Origin: Gelria sp. Kuro-4
Lineage (GTDB): Bacteria; Bacillota; DTU030; DUMP01
NCBI RefSeq assembly: GCF_019668485.1
Contig: NZ_AP024619.1
Coordinates: 2,263,757-2,287,756 of the forward strand
Direction of reading: 5' to 3'
DNA: 24,000 nt
A program made the position numbers and the translations under genes. The notes under the pieces were generated by a model. It saw only the letters and a program-made list of their open reading frames with translations, was not told where the DNA came from and made no database searches. Shown here piece by piece: positions 9,139 through 18,617 of this stretch; within the stretch, counting starts at the first letter, position 1, and every line of letters starts with the position of its first letter.

Positions 9139-9707
9139 CTGGACTCCTCCTCGCCCCTCCCTAAGTTTACGAGCCAGCGGCCGAGGCGCACCGCCAGGCT
9201 CCCCTCCCACCAGCGGGCCGGCTCGCCGGGCGACACGGCCAGCACGCCGCCGGCAAGGGCCAGCAGGGCTGCCGCAGCCAGCCGGCGCGGGGTGAGCCCG
9301 CCCCGGGCCCAGCCCAGAAGCACCACGCCGGCGGAAAGGCCCAGCGCCCCGCCCGCCAGGAAAGCAGCGCCGCCGCGCACCGCGCTCGCTTTCAGCCCCC
9401 GGGCGGCCTCCGCCACCCGGGAAGAGGCCAGGGCCGCCCGGCCCCAGCGCCCGGCCGCCAGGGCTGCAGCCTCCAGCCGCCGCCCCCAGCGGCCGCTCCA
9501 CGCCGCCGCCCGGCTGCCTGCCAGGAGCCGGCTTCCCGCCAGGTCCTGCGCCAAGAACCGGCCGGCAAGGCTCCCCCGCCCGGCAGCCGTAAGGAAGCCG
9601 GCCGTCCCGGCGAGCAGCCGCGCCGTAACGCTCCCGGCCGCCCAGCGCATAAGCCCCTTAAGCAACCGGCCTGTCAAGCTGTCCTCCCAGCTGCGGGTTA
9701 CGTCCAC
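9135..9707 (-). CDS. Hypothetical Ala/Gly/Leu/Arg-rich membrane protein
   Basis: 190 aa with high GC3 in this frame. GTG start 9707 with GGTGGAGGAG upstream. Its position and its overlapping stop/start with both neighbours argue that it is real. No family recognised. Confidence 0.55.
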   Translation of the reverse strand: MDVTRSWEDSLTGRLLKGLMRWAAGSVTARLLAGTAGFLTAAGRGSLAGRFLAQDLAGSRLLAGSRAAAWSGRWGRRLEAAALAAGRWGRAALASSRVAEAARGLKASAVRGGAAFLAGGALGLSAGVVLLGWARGGLTPRRLAAAALLALAGGVLAVSPGEPARWWEGSLAVRLGRWLVNLGRGEEESR

Positions 9708-9708
9708 G

Positions 9709-10200
9709 TCACTCCTCCACCTTTACGCTCAGCACCGTGGTATTGACGGCAAATTTCAGTCCCTTCACGGCCAGGGAGGCACCCACCCGCATCTCGTAAC
9801 CGCCCATGAGGATCACGTTGGGCGTCACCTGCCCCGGCCCGCGGACGGTCAGGTACACGTCCTTCTTAAAAGGAGATTCCGCCTGGGCCAGGCGGCCGTC
9901 CGCGGTCTCTACTTCCTTGAGCGCCGGACGCACTTCCTTTTTCACCAGTTTCCCGAGCACGGCGTTGGACTTGGTATTAAGAACATTTTCCCCTTCCTGC
10001 ATGGCGTCCGCCGTGGCCTGGCGGACGTCCTCCACCACCAGCACCGCCTCCACCGGCTTGGCCGTGCTGGGATTCACCGCCCGAAGCAGCCGGGAGCGCA
10101 GCCCCAGCCGCGCCGCCACCAAGAGCACCAGGAGCAGCACCGCCAGGTCAATGATGTTGATGCGGCCGAACAGCCGTCCGCGGTCATCTAGCCAGGGCAT
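9709..10200 (-). CDS. DUF4330 family protein (N-terminally anchored)
   Basis: 163 aa: MPWLDDRGRLFGRINIIDLAVLLLVLLV..., then a beta-rich domain. This matches my memory of DUF4330. It overlaps the upstream GT4 stop by 17 nt. Confidence 0.7.
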   Translation of the reverse strand: MPWLDDRGRLFGRINIIDLAVLLLVLLVAARLGLRSRLLRAVNPSTAKPVEAVLVVEDVRQATADAMQEGENVLNTKSNAVLGKLVKKEVRPALKEVETADGRLAQAESPFKKDVYLTVRGPGQVTPNVILMGGYEMRVGASLAVKGLKFAVNTTVLSVKVEE

Positions 10201-11329
10201 CTGTAGACCTCCCTAAAACCTGGTAGTAAACCTTCTCCACCTCCGCCGCCATGCGCGGCAGGGAAAACTCCTCCAGGGCAACCCCGCGGCCGAACTCGCC
10301 CAGCTGCGCGGCATAGTTCGGGTTTTTCAGCACGCGCTCCACCGCCGCCGTGATCAGGTCCGCCCGCGTCGGCTGCTCTGTGCCCCGGCCGCTGAAGTTG
10401 TGCCGCTTGGCCAGGTCCAGGTTCTCCGGCGTAAGAAGCCCCATGAAGCCCGCCTCGCCCGCCACCACCACCGGCTTGGCCGAGGCCATCCCCTCCAGGA
10501 TCACCCGGCCCACGCCGATCACCACCGTCGCCGGAGCGATCAGGGCGGCCGTGTCGGTACGGGCACCCGTCACCAAGATAGCGCCCGTCTTAAAGTCCTG
10601 GTTCACCTTTTCCGCCCAGCGCCGCACCTCGGACAGCTTGTCGCCCTCGCCCACGATAAAGGTCTTCAGGTTGGGACAGCGGCGTAGCAGCTCCGGCACC
10701 GCCTCGATCACGCGCAGGGCAATCTCCCCGCGCGCCCCGCTCAGGCGGCTTATGTACACCACCTTCGGGTCGGCGGGCGCCAGGTGAAACTCCGTCAAAA
10801 CCGGCTCCGGATCGGCCGCGGGGGCAAAGCGCGCCGTGTCCACCCCGTTGGGGATCACGGTGACGCAGTCCGTTTCTACGCCGAAGTTTTTCACCAGGTG
10901 CGTTTTGACGTCGCTGCTCACCGCGATCACGTGCCGCCCCCAGGCGGTGAAGGCCCGCATGCCCAGGTTGGCGCTGTAGATCCCGTGGGCCGTGGTCACC
11001 AGGGGCCGCCGCGTCACCAGGGAGACAAAGTGCCCCACCCAAGCGGGAATGCGCGCGTGGGCGTGGATCACGTCGATCTTTTCCTCGTTCACCAGCCGCG
11101 CCATCAGGTGGAAACCCCGCAGCATGTCCCACGGGGCACGGCTGTGCAGCGGCACCTGGAAGTGTTTTATGCCGGCCTTCAGCAGCTCCTCCTCCAGGCA
11201 ACCGCCCTGGGAGGCCACCACCACCCGGTGGCCGCGCTTTTTCAGTTCCTGCGCCAAGCCTACCACGTGGGTCTCAGCGCCGCCCGTCTCCAAGGTCATC
11301 AGCGCCAGCAGCACGTTCAGCCCGGGCAT
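10184..11329 (-). CDS. Glycosyltransferase family 4
   Basis: LETGGAETHV N-terminal motif plus a GT-B C-terminal domain. Start set at ATG 11329 (MPGLNVLLAL...) with an AAAGGGGAA RBS. The track start at 11362 adds 11 unsupported residues. Confidence 0.88.
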   Translation of the reverse strand: MPGLNVLLALMTLETGGAETHVVGLAQELKKRGHRVVVASQGGCLEEELLKAGIKHFQVPLHSRAPWDMLRGFHLMARLVNEEKIDVIHAHARIPAWVGHFVSLVTRRPLVTTAHGIYSANLGMRAFTAWGRHVIAVSSDVKTHLVKNFGVETDCVTVIPNGVDTARFAPAADPEPVLTEFHLAPADPKVVYISRLSGARGEIALRVIEAVPELLRRCPNLKTFIVGEGDKLSEVRRWAEKVNQDFKTGAILVTGARTDTAALIAPATVVIGVGRVILEGMASAKPVVVAGEAGFMGLLTPENLDLAKRHNFSGRGTEQPTRADLITAAVERVLKNPNYAAQLGEFGRGVALEEFSLPRMAAEVEKVYYQVLGRSTDALAR

Positions 11330-11365
11330 CTTTGTTCCCCTTTCCTCGCCGCTTGCCACCATTAC

Positions 11366-11779
11366 TTACTCTACCGTCGCCCCGCCCCGCGCCAGGATGA
11401 CGGCCGGCGTCAGCGCCTTGAGGCCGCGCCCGTCCCCGCGCGGGATGAGGAGCAGGTGATTGACCGGCACCGCCTCGCCGGCCTGGATGTCCCGCCCGGC
11501 CGTCAGGTCGGCCAGGCCGCCCTGCGGGCTGGTCACCGCTGCAGCCCGGCCGGCCCGGAGGATAAGCTCCGTCCCGGCCGCGGCGCGCACCGTTTGCCCG
11601 CTCTCAAGCTCCAGCACCTGCAGCACCGCCAGCCTGTCCACGTAGCTTTTGGCCACCAGCGGGTCGGCATCGCTGCCCGGCTCGGGCGCCGCCGCCCCCA
11701 CCAGGTGCCCTGCGACCGTCCCCGCCCCGGCCAGGGCGGCTGCCAGGAGCAAAGCTCCCACCAGATACCAGCGTTTCAC
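11366..11779 (-). CDS. Small exported or membrane-anchored protein of unknown function
   Basis: 137 aa. The N-terminus MKRWYLVGALLLAAALAGAG is a signal/anchor-like segment. GTG start 11779 with AAGGAGG 7 nt upstream. It is the first gene of the cell-wall operon. Confidence 0.65.
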   Translation of the reverse strand: MKRWYLVGALLLAAALAGAGTVAGHLVGAAAPEPGSDADPLVAKSYVDRLAVLQVLELESGQTVRAAAGTELILRAGRAAAVTSPQGGLADLTAGRDIQAGEAVPVNHLLLIPRGDGRGLKALTPAVILARGGATVE

Positions 11780-11830
11780 CTTCCACCCTCCTTACGCCGT
11801 CGCCTGCATTCTGTGATCTCCCCACCCTCG

Positions 11831-12402
11831 GTACACCCGATCAGCGTGAGAAACGTACTTCGGGCTGCCAGGGGGACAGGTCGGGCATGGGGACGGGTTG
11901 GGCATGGGGACAGGTTGGGCCCTCATCTCAACCCTGGATTGCCAACCTGTCCCCCATTCCATCCTGGATTGCCGACCTGTCCTTCCTGCGCCGGTGATCC
12001 CAGCTTACACGGCACACCCACCTCCCGGCAGCAACGTCTCCCAGGTTGCCATGGGGACAGGTCGGGCATGGGGACAGGTTGGGCCCTCGCCTCAAACTCC
12101 GAATTGCCAACCTGTCCTTCCTGCGCCGGTGATCCCGGCCACACGGCACACCCGCCTCCCGAGACCGACGCCCCCCAAGGTTGCCATGGGGACAGGTCGG
12201 GCATGGGGACAGGTTGGGCCCTCATCTCAACTCTGGATTGCCAACCTGTCCCCCATTCCATCCTGGATTGCCAACCTGTCCTTCCTGCGCCGGTGATCCC
12301 AGCTTACACGGCACACCCACCTCCCGACAGCAACGTCTCCCAGGTTGCCATGGGGACAGGTTGGGCCCTCGCCTCAACTCCGAATTGCCAACCTGTCCCC
12401 AT
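11831..12402 (+). repeat. Repeat array A of the nested-palindrome family (8 heads, 6 tails, 3 linkers)
   Basis: Direct reading. Heads ATGGGGACAGGT(C/T)GGGC are at 11871, 11887 (degenerate), 11904, 12051, 12068, 12186, 12203 and 12350. Tails GCC(A/G)ACCTGTCC are at 11941, 11971, 12106, 12240, 12270 and 12387. Segment 12179-12402 is a near-duplicate of 11862-12117. Confidence 0.92.
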
Positions 12403-12404
12403 AC

Positions 12405-13509
12405 CTAATTAACCTGGCTTCTCAGATACGCCTTGATAAACGGGTCCAGCTCGCCGTCCATCACCGCCTGCACGTTGCCCATTTGCTCGCCGGTACGGTG
12501 GTCCTTCACCAAGGTATAGGGTTCGAAGATGTACGATCGGATCTGGCTCCCCCAGGCGATCTCCTGCTGCTCCCCGCGCAGGGCGTTGAGCTTGGCCTCT
12601 TCCTCCTTGCGCTTGAGGTCGAAGAGCCGGGCCTGCAGGATGCGCATGGCCGTGAGGCGGTTGGCGTGCTGGGAGCGCTCGTTCTGGCAGGTGACCACAA
12701 TCCCCGTGGGCAGGTGGGTGATGCGCACGGCGGAATCGGTCTTGTTCACGTGCTGGCCGCCCGCCCCGCCGGAGCGATAGGTGTCGATCTTCAGGTCCTC
12801 CGGCCGGATCTCCACCGCCATGTCCTGGTTTACTTCTGGGATCACGTCCAGGGAGGCAAAGGAGGTGTGGCGCCGGCCGGCCGCGTCGAAAGGCGAGTGG
12901 CGCACCAGCCGGTGCACCCCGCGCTCGCCCTTGAGGTACCCGTAGGCGTTGGGCCCGCTCACCAGGAAGGTGGCGCTCTTGATACCGGCCTCTTCGCCCG
13001 GGAGCACATCCCAGAGCTCCACCTTAAAGCCGCTCTTTTCCGCCCAGCGCGTGTACATCCTGAGCAGCATCTCCGCCCAGTCCTGGGCCTCGGTACCGCC
13101 GGCGCCGGCGTGGAGGGAGAGGATGGCGTTCAGGCGGTCGTAGGGGCCGGCCAGCAGCGCCTCCAGGTGCAAATCCTCGTAGTTCCGCTTGAGCTCGGCC
13201 AGCCCCGCCGCCACCTCGTGCGCCGTCTCGGCATCCTCCGCCTCCGCGCCCAGCTCGCAGAGGACGGCAAGGTCCTCTGCCTCTTTGGCCAGCGCCCGGT
13301 AGCGCTCCACCCTTTCCTTGAGGGCGGAAAGCTCCGGCATCACCTTCTCCGCCCGCGCCGGGTCGTCCCAGAAGCCAGGCTTGGCTATTTCCGCTTCCAG
13401 TTCGCGGATGCGGGCCTCTTTGCCTGCGATGTCAAAGAGAGACCCCCATTTCGCGGATGCTGTCCTCCAGCACGTTCAGCTCGCGCTTCAGGTCTTCATA
13501 AAGCAGCAT
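12405..13509 (-). CDS. prfB: Peptide chain release factor 2, two frames joined by a programmed +1 frameshift
   Basis: Frame 0 is ATG 13509 ... GTC TCT CTT TGA (MLLYEDLKRELNVLEDSIREMGVSL*). The +1 frame continues DIAGKEARIRELE... into the 312-aa ORF carrying SPF and GGQHVNKTDSAVRITH (GGQ) motifs. Total ~367 aa. Confidence 0.95.
13431..13447 (-). promoter_or_regulatory. prfB autoregulatory +1 frameshift site (GGGGG-N6-CTT TGA C)
   Basis: The minus strand reads ATGGGGGTCTCTCTTTGAC. The slippery CTT codon, an in-frame TGA followed by C, and an internal SD-like GGGGG upstream match the canonical RF2 frameshift cassette. Confidence 0.9.
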
Positions 13510-13564
13510 TACCATCACTCCCACTCGATCCTTCTTCGCAGGTTTGAGAAAAACAGTGAAAAGT

Positions 13565-16213
<2,649 letters not shown>

Positions 16214-16291
16214 CAAAACACCCTCTTTATGGGTCTCTCAGCGGCAGCAATGAAACCAGGGCGCCCCTTCCTCCGTAAGCGCCGTCTCTTT

Positions 16292-16320
16292 ATTTTAGCA
16301 TTTCGCCCGCGTCAAGACAA
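16292..16320 (-). promoter_or_regulatory. Putative sigma-A promoter of secA-prfB
   Basis: The minus strand reads TTGTCT-17 nt-TAAAAT with a TGC extended -10 (TGCTAAAAT), ~75 nt upstream of the secA start. Confidence 0.5.
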
Positions 16321-16328
16321 TAGAAAAG

Positions 16329-16345
16329 GCGCCCGCGCGGGGCGC
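16329..16345 (-). terminator. Putative intrinsic terminator of the 16414-17094 gene
   Basis: The minus strand reads GCGCCC-CGCGC-GGGCGC followed by CTTTTCTATT. Confidence 0.5.
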
Positions 16346-16391
16346 AGCTCCCAGGCACGCTCAATCACCGCCGCAAGCGGAGAGTGCGATC

Positions 16392-16448
16392 GCCATGGGG
16401 ACAGGTCGGGCCCTTATCTCAACTCCGGATTGCCGACCTGTCCCCCAC
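16392..16448 (+). repeat. Solo hairpin unit of the nested-palindrome family
   Basis: gccATGGGGACAGGTCGGGC-ccttatctcaactccggatt-GCCGACCTGTCCCCCac: one head, one loop and one tail. It overlaps the last ~12 codons and the stop of the minus-strand CDS. Confidence 0.88.
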
Positions 16449-17094
16449 TCCTATTAGCCCCAGGCAGGCATTTCTCCACCGCCTTGAGCGTGGCCTGCGC
16501 CACACCCATGGCCATGTCCCCCGGGATAAAGCTGGCCCCGGCCAGGCTCTCCTCGCGCGCCGGCGTCACCGCCGCCACGGTCACCACCGCCACCGGGCGC
16601 TCGCCCACGTCGAGGAGCCGCAGCCCCTCCAGCGCCAGCGCCACCTCGCCCTTCAGGTACTGCTCCACGGCGCTCAACGTCGCTACGGCCACCAGGCGCA
16701 GGCGGTTGTGCGTGGCCGCCGCCCCCTGCGCCTCGCCGGTAAAGAGCTCTCCCTCTATCTCCAGGCCCACGCTGCAGCTGGCGCGGGCCCCGCTCACCTT
16801 CACATTGACATCCACCACGCGCACCCAGGCGGCCGCCCCCGGCAGCCCCGCCTCCCAATCCAGCTGCGCGACACTCACCTTTTTGTGATCGATGGGAAGG
16901 TTAAAGTGCGCCATGAACGCGGATTCGATGTCCCGGACGATCTGCTTGGGGCTGCGCCCTGCCCCGGCCAGCACGTGGATCTCCTGAATGGCGCTTGTCT
17001 CGTCGAGAACCACACGGGCCGAGATTACGTCCCGTATCTGGCGCAGGATGCCCTCCAGCTCTGCTGCCGAAACCCCTTTTTTGATGTCGGGCAA
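16414..17094 (-). CDS. Uncharacterised protein (226 aa) in the hpf-secA interval
   Basis: High GC3. Start set at TTG 17094 (GGAGGA 6 nt upstream) rather than the track start at 17193. No family recognised. The C-terminal residues ...GGQVGNPELR* are encoded by the repeat unit. Confidence 0.62.
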   Translation of the reverse strand: MPDIKKGVSAAELEGILRQIRDVISARVVLDETSAIQEIHVLAGAGRSPKQIVRDIESAFMAHFNLPIDHKKVSVAQLDWEAGLPGAAAWVRVVDVNVKVSGARASCSVGLEIEGELFTGEAQGAAATHNRLRLVAVATLSAVEQYLKGEVALALEGLRLLDVGERPVAVVTVAAVTPAREESLAGASFIPGDMAMGVAQATLKAVEKCLPGANRSGGQVGNPELR

Positions 17095-17326
17095 AGTTCT
17101 TCCTCCATTCTCTTCTAAGTTGCAGGCATCATCCCCGGGCCGCGCACAAGAAAATGGTGGCATACAAACGGCTCTGGCATTGCTGTCGGACAAGGAGGGA
17201 GAAGCAAGAAAAAGGCCGAAGGAAACCCACGTACAGAATAATCCATGTAATTTACCTACCTGCTATTATTTTCGACCTCAGAGAGATTTTTCCTGCTATG
17301 CCTGTAACCCGGGACAGGCACGGGCC

Positions 17327-17355
17327 AATATATTTGTAGTGTTGTATAGTGTCAG
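17327..17355 (-). promoter_or_regulatory. Putative sigma-A promoter in the AT-rich island downstream of hpf
   Basis: The minus strand reads CTGACA-17 nt-TATATT. It lies immediately after the hpf terminator hairpin and ~230 nt upstream of the TTG start at 17094. Confidence 0.5.
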
Positions 17356-17363
17356 AAAGCAAG

Positions 17364-17399
17364 GCCGGCCCCGCGCCCCCGGGCGGCGCGGCGGCCGGC
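17364..17399 (-). terminator. Putative hpf terminator (GC-rich hairpin)
   Basis: GCCGGCCGCCGCGCC / GGCGCGGGGCCGGC arms (~14 bp with one bulge), followed on the minus strand by CTTGCTTTCTG. Confidence 0.55.
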
Positions 17400-17500
17400 T
17401 CGCCTACGTTCTTATCAAGTTAGGCCGGTCGTCACCGCCGTGCGGGAAACAGGCCGGCGGGTCGGCCTCGGCGGCCGTGCCGGGTGCCCGCACGAGCTTC

Positions 17501-18031
17501 TTAACGCAGCGGCTCGATGAGCCCGTAGTTCCCATCGCGCCGGCGGTAGACCACGTTCACCTCTTCCGTTTCGGCGTTGCGGAACACGAAGAAATCGTGA
17601 CCCAAAAGGTTCATCTGGAGGAGGGCCTCGTCCACCGGCATAGGCTTTACGGCGAAGCGCTTGGTGCGCACCAGGTGCGGCTCTTCTTCATCGGCCGGGC
17701 GCCCGCCGACTCCGGCGGCCAGGTCCAGGACGCTGCCGTTTTTCACTTTACGGGCGAGGCGGGTTTTATACTTTTCAATCTGCTTCTCCAGCTTTTCAAT
17801 CACCATGTCGATGGAGGCGTACATGTCGCCGCTGGCCACTTCGCCCCGGAGCAACCGGCCGCCCACCGGCACCGTCACCTCCACCATGTGCCGGTCCCGT
17901 TCCACCCCGAGCGTTACCGTGGCTTCTGTAATGTCGTCCAGGAGTTTCGGGAGCTTGCCCATTTTCTTTTCGACATAGTCGCGCAAGGCAGGCGTGATTT
18001 CGATGTTTTTCCCGCGGACAGTGATCCGCAT
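17501..18031 (-). CDS. hpf: Ribosome hibernation-promoting factor (long HPF, YvyD/RaiA family)
   Basis: MRITVRGKNIEITPALRDYVEKKMGKL..., plus the C-terminal dimerisation domain KRFAVKPMPVDEALLQMNLLGHDFFVFRNAETEEVNVVYRRRDGNYGLIEP. Start ATG 18031 with AAAGGAG 8 nt upstream. Confidence 0.93.
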   Translation of the reverse strand: MRITVRGKNIEITPALRDYVEKKMGKLPKLLDDITEATVTLGVERDRHMVEVTVPVGGRLLRGEVASGDMYASIDMVIEKLEKQIEKYKTRLARKVKNGSVLDLAAGVGGRPADEEEPHLVRTKRFAVKPMPVDEALLQMNLLGHDFFVFRNAETEEVNVVYRRRDGNYGLIEPLR

Positions 18032-18075
18032 CCTGACCACTCCTTTCTACGCGAAAGCCTGCGTGCGTGGGGCCG

Positions 18076-18616
18076 CACGGCAACCCGATTCCCGTAGGAA
18101 ACGTCTCCCGGGTTGCCATGGGGACAGGTCAGTCCTCACGGCAAACTCACCTGCCGGAAGAAACGTACCCTGGGTTGCCAGGGGGGACAGGTCGGGCCCT
18201 CGTCTCTACCCCGAATTGCCGACCTGTCCTGCTTGCGCCGGTCATCCCGGCTACACGGCACACCCACCTCCCGACAGAAACGTCTCCCGGGTTGCCATGG
18301 GGACAGGTCAGTCCTCACGGCAAACTCACCTGCCGGAAGAAACGTACCCTGGGTTGCCATGGGGACAGGTCGGGCCCTCGTCTCTACCCCGAATTGCCGA
18401 CCTGTCCTGCTTGCGCCGGTCATCCCGGCTACACGGCACACCCACCTCCCGACAGAAACGTCTCCCAGGGTTGCCATGGGGACAGGTCGGGCCTCACGGC
18501 AAACTCACCTGCCGGAAGAAACGTACCCTGGGTTGCCATGGGGACAGGTCGGGCCCTCGTCTCAACCCTGAATTGCCGACCTGTCCCCATACCGCTAAAC
18601 AGACCTGTCCCCATAC
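18076..18616 (+). repeat. Repeat array C: 179-bp higher-order tandem repeat (~2.8 units) of the nested-palindrome family
   Basis: GGTTGCCATG recurs at 18111, 18290 and 18469 (period 179). Units 1 and 2 differ at only a few positions. Each unit is a 62-bp head-only subunit plus a 117-bp head-loop-tail-linker subunit. An extra partial tail sits at 18601-18614. Confidence 0.93.
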
Positions 18617-18617
18617 A

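Noticed and set aside
9139-9501. N-terminal 121-aa extension of the O-antigen-ligase-like ORF (track start 9501)
   Set aside because: The extension is Pro/Gly/Arg-rich and overlaps, out of frame, the better-supported 9135-9707 gene. A GTG at 9138 with a GGAGGAG RBS and a GTGA stop/start overlap gives a normal hydrophobic N-terminus.
11898-12296. Protein-coding ORFs spanning the repeat arrays (for example 11898-12296, 11923-12261, 18067-18708, 18113-18571, 18136-18477, 21151-22059, 21224-22009)
   Set aside because: These ORFs occur in several frames on both strands of the same repeats. The tandem period (179 bp) is not a multiple of 3. Nucleotide sequence is conserved between units while the reading frame shifts through 1-nt indels. 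Their composition (Pro/Gly/Arg/Cys-rich) is typical of out-of-frame high-GC sequence.
11831-12402. CRISPR array interpretation of the repeat clusters (also 18076-18616 and 21487-21967)
   Set aside because: The sequences between the conserved heads are themselves conserved and repeated (loops, tails, linkers), not unique spacers. Spacing is irregular (62, 117, 135, 164 and 182 bp). Heads and tails form long, nested palindromes. No cas genes or leader are present in the window.
18230-18297. SD-like GGGAGGTG followed by GTG on the minus strand of each linker, read as a repeated mini-ORF or ribosome-binding decoy
   Set aside because: The encoded peptides differ between arrays because of a 1-nt indel (VPCSRDDRR... 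in array C versus VPCKLGSPAQ... in array A). The GGGAGG core is altered in many copies (CTCACCTGCCG, CACCTTCCG, CCTACCCGCCG). The motif is more simply explained as a degenerate copy of the tail arm (CCGACCTGTCC versus CCCACCTCCCG).
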